Assembly: GCA_045539595.1 (NCBI GenBank)
Contig: JAZQFQ010000092.1
Location: 691 to 64,690, forward strand
DNA: 64,000 nucleotides
Direction: 5' to 3'
DNA from: Eubacteriales bacterium
GTDB lineage: Bacteria > Bacillota > Clostridia > Oscillospirales > CAG-272
Shown one piece after another: positions 45,766 through 54,441 of the stretch (the first letter of the stretch is position 1; every line of letters begins with the position of its first letter). A program made the translations under genes and the position numbers. The notes beneath the pieces were generated by a model. The model worked only from the letters and a program-made list of their open reading frames with translations, did not search any database and was not told where the DNA came from.

Positions 45766-46821
45766 TTACTTGACCTTCTCCATAGCTCGGTGCAGGGTGG
45801 CGTGGTCAGGGTGAATATAGGTCTGCGCTTCGATGGCATAACTGGAATGTCCGAAAATGCGCATCATTTCCTCCGGCCGCAAATCCGCCTTTGCCGCTCT
45901 GGTGATAGCCGTGTGCCGGCAGGCATGGGGGGTAAGTTCCCGCACACCTATCCGGCGCAAGGCCGGCTTATAGCAATTAGCTACAAATACCTGATAGTGC
46001 CAGGCCTTGCCCTTGCCATTGCAAATAAGGGTCGCCCCTCCTTTGCTTGCCCACTCTTCCACAATCTGTAGCGCGAATGGGTCCGCGATAGGAACCGACC
46101 TTGCTTTACCTGCAGCCGTTTTCGAGCCGCCAATCAGCACCCGGGCCTTGCGGTCAAAGTTAAACGGCGTGAGGGTCAGCAGCTCATTGATGCGGAAGCC
46201 GGTATAACAGAGCAAGTAAATCACGTCCGCATAGGGTACAACGCCGACGGCCTGCCGAATCTTCTCCACCTCAATTTCGGTGAATACCTCTTTCTCTTTC
46301 TGTTCCTTCTTGGGTATCACGATAAACTCCGCGTAGTTCTTTGGGATCACGTCGTTCTGCTCCGCATACTTGCACAGCGCCACAAGCAATAGTTTGATGT
46401 TGTTAAGGGAGCTTCTGCTCATATCCTTGTGCTCGTCAATAATCTGCTGATAGGCGGCCGTGCGCAGGTCACGAATACGCGCCCGGCGCATCTGGTCGGG
46501 TATCTTATTCCAGGCGGCTTTGTAGCTTTTAATCGAAGCCGCTCCGGCAACTTCGTAAAACCGCCCACTCCAATCCTCGTATGCGTCCATCAAGGTCATG
46601 CTGAACCGATCGGACGGCATACGGAGCCATTCCCGCAGCGCTTCCCTGGCTTCTGCCGCCGTGGCATAGGTGCCGATGCGCTGCCGCTTGGACACAAGGC
46701 GCTGCTTCTTCCGGTCGAACTCGTAGGTAGTCGGCGTATAGGCCACCCATTGCTTGGTCTTCAGGTCCTTCCGGAACACCACAGACCCGCTGCCATTCTC
46801 GCGTTTAACGTGTCTTTTCAT
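45766..46821 (-). CDS. int: tyrosine integrase (Firmicutes type)
   Basis: RENGSGSV, YTGFRINELL, SKTAAG, HACRHT, FGHSS, YIH. Confidence 0.92.
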   Translation of the reverse strand: MKRHVKRENGSGSVVFRKDLKTKQWVAYTPTTYEFDRKKQRLVSKRQRIGTYATAAEAREALREWLRMPSDRFSMTLMDAYEDWSGRFYEVAGAASIKSYKAAWNKIPDQMRRARIRDLRTAAYQQIIDEHKDMSRSSLNNIKLLLVALCKYAEQNDVIPKNYAEFIVIPKKEQKEKEVFTEIEVEKIRQAVGVVPYADVIYLLCYTGFRINELLTLTPFNFDRKARVLIGGSKTAAGKARSVPIADPFALQIVEEWASKGGATLICNGKGKAWHYQVFVANCYKPALRRIGVRELTPHACRHTAITRAAKADLRPEEMMRIFGHSSYAIEAQTYIHPDHATLHRAMEKVK

Positions 46822-47008
46822 ATTTACTTTTCCTCCATTTTATGATATTCTGGAGGAGTAGTTGGTGTGGATCATTAACTACTCCTCTTTGTTGTGTGGT
46901 AGCACTTAGAGGCGTCCGCTCCGGTGTGTCGTAGCTCTGGAGCGGACATTTTTTATCTTCGGACAGTCCAATAAATAGGACTATCCAGTTTTGAACCAAT
47001 TTTCTATC

Positions 47009-47037
47009 TTTACAAATTAGAACATATGTTCTATAAT
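47009..47037 (+). promoter_or_regulatory. sigmaA promoter with a LexA (Cheo/SOS) box in the spacer
   Basis: TTTACA-17-TATAAT containing AGAACATATGTTCT (47019-47032). Confidence 0.8.
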
Positions 47038-47072
47038 CGAAGCACGCAGTTGAGATTTTGGAGGGATGAACG

Positions 47073-47267
47073 ATGACGAACAACGAGAGCTTTAACGAAC
47101 TGCTGAACGGCTGCCGAAACCCTCGCCGGGTGTTCAATGCCTTACTTGCCCTTGCCGCCGAACCAAGCATCAAGCAGTCCGATGATATGACCGAGAAACG
47201 CCAGGTCATCGTCGGAGAGGTCTTGACCTTCTGCGATAAAGCCGAGCGCAGCAAGAAGGTTGGTTGA
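47073..47267 (+). CDS. SOS-inducible small protein antisense to cI (putative antirepressor)
   Basis: GGAGGG SD, 64 aa; lies between the LexA-box promoter and a terminator. Confidence 0.65.
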   Translation: MTNNESFNELLNGCRNPRRVFNALLALAAEPSIKQSDDMTEKRQVIVGEVLTFCDKAERSKKVG

Positions 47268-47531
47268 TTCCTCCAAGCTGATATGATCCCCTGTCACAGG
47301 TTCTTCTGTGACGGGGGCTTTTTTTATTTTCGGCTCAACTCCAAGAATGTAGTCGGTAGAGACATTAAAAAATTGGGCAATCGTAATGACGAAGGAATGC
47401 CCCGGCTCACGCTCGCCGTTTTCATAATTGGTCAAGGTACGATAGGGAATGTTAAGCGTATCCGCAAGTTCTTTCCGGCTGTAGCCGTGCTTTGTCCTGA
47501 TTTCAACTAATCTTTCTGGCAGTCCCTTCAT
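47142..47531 (-). CDS. cI: CI-like XRE repressor (no autocleavage domain)
   Basis: LPERLVEIRTKHGYSRKELA...YENGEREP...FNVSTDYILG; GGAGG SD. Confidence 0.88.
   Translation of the reverse strand: MKGLPERLVEIRTKHGYSRKELADTLNIPYRTLTNYENGEREPGHSFVITIAQFFNVSTDYILGVEPKIKKAPVTEEPVTGDHISLEESTNLLAALGFIAEGQDLSDDDLAFLGHIIGLLDAWFGGKGK
47288..47325 (+). terminator. terminator of the antisense transcript, inside cI
   Basis: cccctgtcacag-gttctt-ctgtgacgggg followed by T7. Confidence 0.75.
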
Positions 47532-47553
47532 TTGAAACACCTCCGTGAAACTC

Positions 47554-47582
47554 ATTGTAATAGGTTGCCCGAATTGTGTCAA
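47554..47582 (-). promoter_or_regulatory. cI promoter overlapping a degenerate fourth operator
   Basis: TTGACA-17-TACAAT; ttgcccgaattgtgtca resembles the operator ttacccgaattgagtaa. Confidence 0.8.
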
Positions 47583-47587
47583 CAACT

Positions 47588-47722
47588 TTTTAATTGGCGG
47601 GAATGAAAATGCTAAAAAATAACCTGAAAGGCAGACTACTTGCGGATTTGACCAGCAAAACAGGCGGGGAAAGTTGCGGTAAGTTTTGAAAAGGCGTGGG
47701 CGTTAGTTCGCCGTTAGTTCGT
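47588..47722. mobile_element. right att half-site (core AATTGGCG plus a tandem arm repeat inverted relative to the left one)
   Basis: aattggcg at 47592-47599; ggcgttagttcgccgttagttcgt at 47699-47722 is the reverse complement of the left arm at 22/24 positions. Confidence 0.65.
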
Positions 47723-47730
47723 GGCAAAAG

Positions 47731-47764
47731 AAGAAAAGCCGGGGCAAAAGCTCCGGCTTTTCTT
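47731..47764. terminator. bidirectional intrinsic terminator
   Basis: aagaaaagccgggg-caaaag-ctccggcttttctt. Confidence 0.75.
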
Positions 47765-48239
47765 ATTCCCATTTCGATTTTTCGATGTCCTTCTCGGCGA
47801 GGATTCCGGGGTGGGCTTTGACATAAGCGGCGTAATCTTTAAGGGCCTGGCTTCGCAGGGTTCCGGGGTAGGTGGTGCGCTCCGTCTCTGTCTCGGCGCC
47901 GGTGTCTACATTGCGCCGGCCCGCGATCAGGTGATAATACACCTTGTTCTGGCAGTACCGCTTTTCCCGGATCAGGCGGACGAAGGGGACGGTAGGCGCT
48001 GTGGTGATATAGGCGTACCGTTCCGCCAGTGCGACACGGTACGCCGTGAGCTGGTCAATCAGCGTTTGCGCTGCGCTGATGTAATCGGCTGCGGTTTTGT
48101 CGTACATCACCACACGTTCCAGGTTGTCCATTTTATCCGGATGCACGAGATAAATATTGATTCGGCGTTCCGTCTCGGTCCTGGGCGCATTGTATAGCGT
48201 AAACAGGGCTGCGAGGGAATCCTGCTGCTGTTGTGTCAT
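47763..48239 (-). CDS. hypothetical accessory protein
   Basis: 158 aa with SD. Confidence 0.75.
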   Translation of the reverse strand: MTQQQQDSLAALFTLYNAPRTETERRINIYLVHPDKMDNLERVVMYDKTAADYISAAQTLIDQLTAYRVALAERYAYITTAPTVPFVRLIREKRYCQNKVYYHLIAGRRNVDTGAETETERTTYPGTLRSQALKDYAAYVKAHPGILAEKDIEKSKWE

Positions 48240-48310
48240 GGTATCACTCCCTATTTGGTTTTATGGGGTGGGGTCGCTTTAGCCGGTGCGGCCCCGCGAA
48301 GGTATCCGGG

Positions 48311-48400
48311 TTATTTTGTGAAACAGACAACGCTCCAAAAGTTCATGGCCTCGGTGTTGATCAGTTTATCGATGCTGGTTTTACGATTCCGCTTAAACAT
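48311..48400 (-). CDS. 29-aa microprotein
   Basis: GAGGAGG SD, MFKRNRKTSIDKLINTEAMNFWSVVCFTK. Confidence 0.45.
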   Translation of the reverse strand: MFKRNRKTSIDKLINTEAMNFWSVVCFTK

Positions 48401-48412
48401 TGCAATTCCTCC

Positions 48413-48919
48413 TCATGCTCCGATGCGCTGATGGTTGGTGGTTTCGGTGCACCCTTCGAATACCTGGCTTCCGTATTTGGTGCGAATCTGCGCCATTGTG
48501 GTTTTGGACCGGTGCCAATGTCCAGCGTCCTCCGGGTGTCTCCAGTACCACATCTTTTTGCTGTTGCTCCAGCGGCAGCCGGCGGCCTTCAATTCGTCCT
48601 TATGCTCTCGGGTTTTGCCGGAGATCCAGAGCCAAGAGCCGCACAGCTCGACGATAAGACCGTCCATTTTTAACAGCGCGTCGATGATGTCGCGGAACTC
48701 CCGTGCTGTCTCGCTAGTCTGGTGCTTCTCGTCTGCGGCTGCGTTGTGCTGGGCCTTGAGTCGTTCAAACAGTCGGTCGTGTTCCTCATGAATCTCCTTC
48801 ATAATGGCGGTGCACTCATCCTCCCGGCCAGGGTTGACATCGGGATGATACTGCATTGCGAGTTTACGGTACTGCTTCTTCAGCTCATCCAAGGACTGGG
48901 GATTGTTGAAGTATTTCAT
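48413..48919 (-). CDS. J-domain (DnaJ-like) phage protein
   Basis: ELKKQYRKLAMQYHPD; ELCGSWLWISG, GCRWSNSKKMWYW. Confidence 0.85.
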   Translation of the reverse strand: MKYFNNPQSLDELKKQYRKLAMQYHPDVNPGREDECTAIMKEIHEEHDRLFERLKAQHNAAADEKHQTSETAREFRDIIDALLKMDGLIVELCGSWLWISGKTREHKDELKAAGCRWSNSKKMWYWRHPEDAGHWHRSKTTMAQIRTKYGSQVFEGCTETTNHQRIGA

Positions 48920-48988
48920 AATAGATAGTCTCCTCTCGATTGTGGTAGCTCTTTAGTAGTGTGGGCGGCTTGCCCTCCTGGCAGCTTG

Positions 48989-49081
48989 AATTATAATACC
49001 GTTTAACGGTATATGCAAGCAGGGATAATGCACAAAAGTTTAACGGTATATTTGTGCAGCATGTATACTGTTAAACGGTGT
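48989..49081. promoter_or_regulatory. divergent promoters with palindromic ATACCGTTTAACGGTAT operators
   Basis: minus-strand TTGCAT-17-TATAAT whose spacer is the palindrome (48996-49012); further copies at 49038-49049 and 49065-49081. Confidence 0.75.
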
Positions 49082-49132
49082 TTCGGCGTGATACAATATA
49101 ATAGCAAAATCAAATTGAGAGGGGGACACAGT

Positions 49133-49342
49133 ATGTCGCAGAGCGACGCCCAGAAGCGAGCAAAAAATAAATGGGACGGCGAGAACATGAAAGTGCTTGG
49201 TTGTAAAATCCGGCGTGATTTGGCCGAGGAGTTCCAGACGCTCGCCGCACGGAACGGAACCACGCCAAACGCACTAATGCGGGGGTGGATACTTGAGTAT
49301 ATAGACCAGTACACACAAACAAAAAAGATGACGAATGAATAA
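49133..49342 (+). CDS. Arc/ribbon-helix-helix regulator
   Basis: AQKRAKNKWDGENMKVLGCKIRRDLAEEF...GTTPNALMRGWI. Confidence 0.75.
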   Translation: MSQSDAQKRAKNKWDGENMKVLGCKIRRDLAEEFQTLAARNGTTPNALMRGWILEYIDQYTQTKKMTNE

Positions 49343-49380
49343 AACCCTTGGGGCGCAACAGCTCCAAGGGTTTTTCTTTT
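49341..49380 (+). terminator. intrinsic terminator
   Basis: aaaacccttgggg..ctccaagggtttt followed by T-rich tail. Confidence 0.7.
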
Positions 49381-49521
49381 TATTTTTACACATGATTCCG
49401 GAAAAAGTTTGTAAGAAATGACGAATACTTTTTTCGAAAAAAATCCCACTACAAAAGCTGAAAGAGAAGCAGAGACTTCCGAAAACACCCAAAAGCAAGA
49501 CCGAAAGGAGGCAAAACGAGC

Positions 49522-49956
49522 ATGCCGAAGTTCAAATTGACCGTTCGCGAGGTTACAAGCATGGTTGACATTTTTCTTGCTGAACATCAGGCAAGTATGG
49601 ATGCCGCAAAGGCTTCAGGCAACACAGCACAGATCATCCCGGCCACCAGGGCGACGTTTTGCCGGTACTGGCAAGCCAACGGCGACGCGCTGCAACGCCA
49701 GATCTCGTCCGCTATGGTCAATCATTGGGCCAACGAAGAGCACGAGAGCTATAAAGACTATAAGTTGCAGGTCGCGCGCATAGACGATGCAGCGGCGGCC
49801 TATTTTGAGGCAATCGCCCTTATCAACCCCAAGCTGTCACAGATTGCCCAGTTTGGCAGCAAGCAGGAATGTTACGGCGGCTACAAGGATAAGCCTGACA
49901 ACAATATAGCTATCAACATAGCCAACCGCGGGGCCCGTGTAAACTGGGGCAATTAA
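49522..49956 (+). CDS. putative terminase small subunit
   Basis: first late gene, strong SD, GGYKDK C-terminal motif, upstream of terL. Confidence 0.55.
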   Translation: MPKFKLTVREVTSMVDIFLAEHQASMDAAKASGNTAQIIPATRATFCRYWQANGDALQRQISSAMVNHWANEEHESYKDYKLQVARIDDAAAAYFEAIALINPKLSQIAQFGSKQECYGGYKDKPDNNIAINIANRGARVNWGN

Positions 49957-50257
49957 TGAACAGTTAACTATCCGTCCTTGGGCCGCAAGGGATGCAGCGA
50001 TTATCCGAAGCAACCCCGAATCAACCGCCTCCCGCTGGCGGGCGCGTTGTGCGAGTGCAATATCTGCTCCACGGATATTTGCGCATAAAGCCAGGTATCA
50101 AGCAAGCAGCCAGACCCGGGGGGAGGGGGTGCCGGAAAAGAGGTAGCGCCCGGCGAGCAATGATACCTTATATCCACTCCATCGACTATGAAACCCCGCA
50201 CCCCCGGAAAAAGGGGTACCACGCCAACTGAAAAGGACGGTCAAAAATTTTTAAAGC

Positions 50258-50332
50258 GCTCCCATAGTTCAAAGATAGAACACCTGTTTTGCAGCCGGGG
50301 TGTCGCGGGTTTGAATCCTGCTGGGAGCACCA
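50258..50332 (+). tRNA. atypical tRNA, anticodon TGC (Ala) on a body lacking Ala identity
   Basis: GCTCCCA/TGGGAGC-ACCA, D-stem GTTC/GAAC, loop TTTGCAG, T-arm GCGGG-TTTGAAT-CCTGC. Confidence 0.7.
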
Positions 50333-50445
50333 AAGCACATTGCAGTGCACCTTCCTGTCCCTCCTTAATAAGCCTCGGAGCGTAAAAGAGGCTCAGCGCG
50401 TCTGCCCCAGTGCAATTCTGGTTGCTCTGTTTGGAAGGGAGACGT

Positions 50446-50592
50446 ATGAAAGAGGAATGGATTCGATGCCCCGACTGCGGCAAGAAACTGTGCAGGATAG
50501 AGGGCAAAAAACTGTACATCTGGTGCAAGGGTGAAAAAAAGGAAGTGGAGATCGACATTGGCGAAAAAAGAGAAGAAAACGCCGGTCGGTGA
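50446..50592 (+). CDS. Mu Com-like Zn-ribbon regulator
   Basis: WIRCPDCGKKL...IWCKGEKKEVEI (fourth Cys replaced by Glu). Confidence 0.65.
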   Translation: MKEEWIRCPDCGKKLCRIEGKKLYIWCKGEKKEVEIDIGEKREENAGR

Positions 50593-51961
50593 AGTGTGCC
50601 TGGACTTTGGTGAGCCAAGCCCAAAGCAGATCAAGTTCATTGAGAGCAAGACGCGCTACACAGCGTACGGCGGAGCGAGAGGCGGAGGAAAAACGTGGGT
50701 AGCCCGGCAGAAAGCGGTTGCTCTGGCTTTGTCCCATCCAGGTATTAGGATACTGTTTTTAAGAAAGACGTACAAAGACCTACAGGAATCCATTATTGAG
50801 CCGATTACCAGTTTTATAAACTCTGCCACGAGGAACCGGAAGCCCGCAGGACATTTGATCGCCCAGTACAACGCCACACAGAAGGCAATGTATTTCACAA
50901 ACGGCAGCAAAATCACCTTTGGTCATCTGCAGCACACCAGCGACATCCAAAGCTACCAAGGCCAGGAATACGACATCATCTTCATGGAGGAAGCCACCCA
51001 ATTTACGGAATGGGAGTTCCGAACGCTTGGCGCTACCCTCCGAGGCGTGAACGATTTCCCGAAGCGGTTTTATCTGACTTGCAATCCTGGCGGTGTCGGC
51101 CACCAGTGGGTAAAGCGGTTATTTGTTGATCGCAGATACAAAGACAGGGAAAACCCGAAGGACTACACATTCATACAGGCGACGGTAGATGACAACAAGC
51201 ACTTAAAAGAAGCGTCCCCTGAGTATGTGGATTTGTTGGACAATCTGCCGGAGGACATCCGGTCGGCCCATCGGTACGGTGACTGGAACGCCCTCTCCGG
51301 CATGTTCTTCAATGAAGTCAGTTACGAAACCCACACTTGTGCCCCCTTTTCCATCCCCAGCGAGTGGCCACACTACCGCTGCATGGACTATGGCTTGGAT
51401 ATGTTTTCCTGTTTCTGGTACGCCATTGACGAGACGGGCCGGAAATACTTCTACCGGGAGTATTATGAGAGCAATCTGACTGTATCAGACGCGGCCGATG
51501 CGGCGCTAAGGTTGACCACAAAGGGTGAAAAGATTGATGCTACCATTGCTCCTCCTGATATGTGGAGTCGATCCAGAGAGACGGGCAAAACCCAGGCACA
51601 GCTTTTTGCCCAAAGCGGCATGCCACTGGTACGCGCCAGCAACAACCGCGTGCAAGGTTGGATGTCATTGAAGGAAGATCTGAAAATCAGGCCCGATGGC
51701 AAGCCAGGGCTCATCTTCTTTAATGACTGCACCCACATCATGAGCGATCTTCAGGCGCTTTTGCATGACACAAAGAATCCGTCCGACGTCGCCAAGGAGC
51801 CACACGATATCACCCACGGCCCAGACGCTGTCCGCTATGGTTGTGTCACCTGGTCTATGGGTTACCAGCCTCCGGAGGAGGAAGAGGACGAAGCGCAAAG
51901 TGACGACTATCAATTTGTAATGTGCGGCGGCGAACCCACCGCCAGCTATATGTACATATAA
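50558..51961 (+). CDS. terL: terminase large subunit
   Basis: YGGARGGGKT, FMEEATQF, TCNPGGVGH, MDYGLD, THGPDAVRY. Confidence 0.95.
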   Translation: MAKKEKKTPVGEVCLDFGEPSPKQIKFIESKTRYTAYGGARGGGKTWVARQKAVALALSHPGIRILFLRKTYKDLQESIIEPITSFINSATRNRKPAGHLIAQYNATQKAMYFTNGSKITFGHLQHTSDIQSYQGQEYDIIFMEEATQFTEWEFRTLGATLRGVNDFPKRFYLTCNPGGVGHQWVKRLFVDRRYKDRENPKDYTFIQATVDDNKHLKEASPEYVDLLDNLPEDIRSAHRYGDWNALSGMFFNEVSYETHTCAPFSIPSEWPHYRCMDYGLDMFSCFWYAIDETGRKYFYREYYESNLTVSDAADAALRLTTKGEKIDATIAPPDMWSRSRETGKTQAQLFAQSGMPLVRASNNRVQGWMSLKEDLKIRPDGKPGLIFFNDCTHIMSDLQALLHDTKNPSDVAKEPHDITHGPDAVRYGCVTWSMGYQPPEEEEDEAQSDDYQFVMCGGEPTASYMYI

Positions 51962-51970
51962 GGAGCAAAC

Positions 51971-53752
51971 ATGGCACGAGTCATTTCGACCACAGGGACA
52001 TACGCCCAGAAAATTGAAAAGTTTCTCGGCCTGAACGAGAGTAAAAACGGTGACGCACTGCTGAAAATGGGTGAAGCTTCGGAAATGCGCAACTTCCAAG
52101 TATCATCCGAAGGGTGTCTGCTGATCCGGCCCGGCACAAAGACCGTTATGACCCTTGGTGCCGGGCCGGTGCGCGGCATGTGGACTGGCCGTGTTGGCGG
52201 TGTGGAGCACACACTGGCGGCATGCGCCGGGCATGTATGGAACATTTCCGGCCTTGCGATTGCTGAAGACTTGGGCGAACTGATCGACGATGTGACCCAA
52301 TTCTTTGGCATGTCCGGCAACGTATACATTCTGAATGGCCATGAGTACAAGGTGTGGACCGGCGAGGGTCAGATGAAGGACGTGGAGGGTTATATTCCCG
52401 TTGTTGTGACGGCGGCAAAACCTGCCGGCGGCGGCACGGCCCTGGAAAACTACAACCTGCTCACACCCTACCGGCGGCAGAAATTCTCTGGTGATGGCAC
52501 GAGCAAAGAATACCACCTGACGGAATATCCCATTGCCGGCATCAAGGAGGCGACGGTGGACGGCGACAGTGTGGAGCACACGGTTGATTTGAGTTCTGGA
52601 GTGCTTACCTTCACGCAGCCGCCCGGGGAAGGTCTGTCCAACGTGGAGATCACCTACTACGTCAGTCAGAGCAGCCGGGATCTGGTGGTAAAAAAACGCT
52701 ATCACGAGTTCTATAACGGACCGACGGACACAAGAGTATTTTTGTATGGCGACGGTTCAAATATCGCCCTATACAGCGGCGTAGATGAGAATGGCGTTGG
52801 ACGGGCTGACTATTTCCCTGCGCTGAATGAACTTCAGGTGGGAACGGCCAATTCCCCCATCACCGCTCTGATTCGGCACTATTCCAGAATGATGGCCTAC
52901 AAGCCGGACGAGACGTACAAAGTGGAGTATTCCACCCAAACCCTGATAGACGGCAAGGTCATTTCCGGTTTCTACGTCCGCCCGGTTAATCGCAACGTCG
53001 GCAATGAGGCTATGGGGCAAGTGTATTTGTGTAACAACAACCCTATCTCCCTGTTTTCTGGCGGTGTCTACGAGTGGAAGTCGGCTTATTCTACCGCCAC
53101 TGTGGACGAGCGAAACGCAAGCAGGCTATCACAAAGAGTGGAATCCACGCTGCAGGGCTTCCGGTTTTCTGACTGCGTAGCCTTTGACGATGGGTGGCAT
53201 TGTGAATATTGGATCGCTTGCAACGGAAGTGTGGTCATTTATAACTACGCAACGGACGTCTGGTACAAGTATACTGGGCTTCCCAACATTACCGCCTTTA
53301 CTATTGTGGATAACTCCCTGTACTTCTCAACGGATGATGGAAGGATCATCAACGTTTCCTCCGCCTACCGAAGTGATGACGGGGAGAACATCGAAGCCTA
53401 CTGGGAGAGCGGCAGCATGGATTTTGACTATCCGTGGAAGAAGAAGTGGTCGCAGGAGGCATTTATCGGCCTACGCTCCACTGGCGGCAGCGGCGTTATC
53501 GTTACAGCAAAGAGTGATGTGACCGGAGAATACTACCAGAAGCAGATCGGTTTCGGCTTGAGCGGCTTTGATGATTTGGATTTCGGCAACTTTACCTTCC
53601 TGTTCCGCGCTACACAAAAGGCTATCCGGGCGAGGATCAGGGTGCCAAGATTCCAAATGTACAAGCTGGTATTCTCCTCCGACTCCAATTGCTCCACCGC
53701 CGCGATAACCGATGTTGTCATCATGACAAGGATGCCGAGGAAGGTGAGATAA
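51971..53752 (+). CDS. tail nozzle / DNA-stabilisation protein (P22 gp10-like)
   Basis: FLGLNE, NFQV..LLIRPG, beta-rich, IEAYWESGSMDF. Confidence 0.65.
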   Translation: MARVISTTGTYAQKIEKFLGLNESKNGDALLKMGEASEMRNFQVSSEGCLLIRPGTKTVMTLGAGPVRGMWTGRVGGVEHTLAACAGHVWNISGLAIAEDLGELIDDVTQFFGMSGNVYILNGHEYKVWTGEGQMKDVEGYIPVVVTAAKPAGGGTALENYNLLTPYRRQKFSGDGTSKEYHLTEYPIAGIKEATVDGDSVEHTVDLSSGVLTFTQPPGEGLSNVEITYYVSQSSRDLVVKKRYHEFYNGPTDTRVFLYGDGSNIALYSGVDENGVGRADYFPALNELQVGTANSPITALIRHYSRMMAYKPDETYKVEYSTQTLIDGKVISGFYVRPVNRNVGNEAMGQVYLCNNNPISLFSGGVYEWKSAYSTATVDERNASRLSQRVESTLQGFRFSDCVAFDDGWHCEYWIACNGSVVIYNYATDVWYKYTGLPNITAFTIVDNSLYFSTDDGRIINVSSAYRSDDGENIEAYWESGSMDFDYPWKKKWSQEAFIGLRSTGGSGVIVTAKSDVTGEYYQKQIGFGLSGFDDLDFGNFTFLFRATQKAIRARIRVPRFQMYKLVFSSDSNCSTAAITDVVIMTRMPRKVR

Positions 53753-54193
53753 ATGACAACGGCCAAATGGGTATTTGACAAGGCGATGTCGCTGGCCGAC
53801 CAGCTCAGCGACACCGGCCTTGCGGATTATGAGCACAACCAAGACCTGAAAGACCGGGCGCTTGGGATTCTGAACGTACTTCGAGTGGAGTGCATTTTGG
53901 CATCCTCTGACTATGCCTCCAGAGTGGGGTGTGGAAAGCGGCCATTGAGCAACGAGATCAAGAGCTGGACATCCACGCTGGATGGCATTGATGACGCGGT
54001 GGCCCAAGGCGCAATGCCCTACGGACTCGCCGCCCAGCTCATGCTGGACGAAGACCCGGACGTCGCCAGCTTCTGCAACCAAAAGTATCAAGAGATGCTT
54101 GCCGCACTTCGTGCCACAACAACGACTGAGTTTGAGTGCATCGAATTCCCTTACGGTAGGCCAGACAAATTTAACGAAGGAAGCAGGTGGTGA
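53753..54193 (+). CDS. head-tail adaptor protein
   Basis: MPYGLAAQLMLDED motif. Confidence 0.65.
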   Translation: MTTAKWVFDKAMSLADQLSDTGLADYEHNQDLKDRALGILNVLRVECILASSDYASRVGCGKRPLSNEIKSWTSTLDGIDDAVAQGAMPYGLAAQLMLDEDPDVASFCNQKYQEMLAALRATTTTEFECIEFPYGRPDKFNEGSRW

Positions 54194-54441
54194 CCATGTA
54201 TATGAAGAAAGACCGGGAAGCCCTGGACGCGGTGTTGACCGCCGTCTCCCGCCTGGTGATGGTTGAAAATGAGCGGCTGGAAACGCTGAACGAGATATCA
54301 GACGGCTTGGAAAGGCTTCGTGTGGATGTGCTGAGTGCTTTGGATGCTGCCGCGTTTGCGGAAGCGGACGCGAAGCTGGCAGAGGGCATCAGCAGTATTA
54401 TGAACTTCACCGGAGCGCCAAAACGGGGTGACAAAGAATGA
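54187..54441 (+). CDS. hypothetical protein
   Basis: coupled ORF ending EGISSIMNF. Confidence 0.6.
   Translation: MVTMYMKKDREALDAVLTAVSRLVMVENERLETLNEISDGLERLRVDVLSALDAAAFAEADAKLAEGISSIMNFTGAPKRGDKE

Noticed and set aside
45647-47599. Excision of the cI-int cassette via the direct AATTGGCG repeats
   Set aside because: Arm geometry would leave one arm on each product; inversion gives a proper attP plus an armless site and restores divergent cro/cI.
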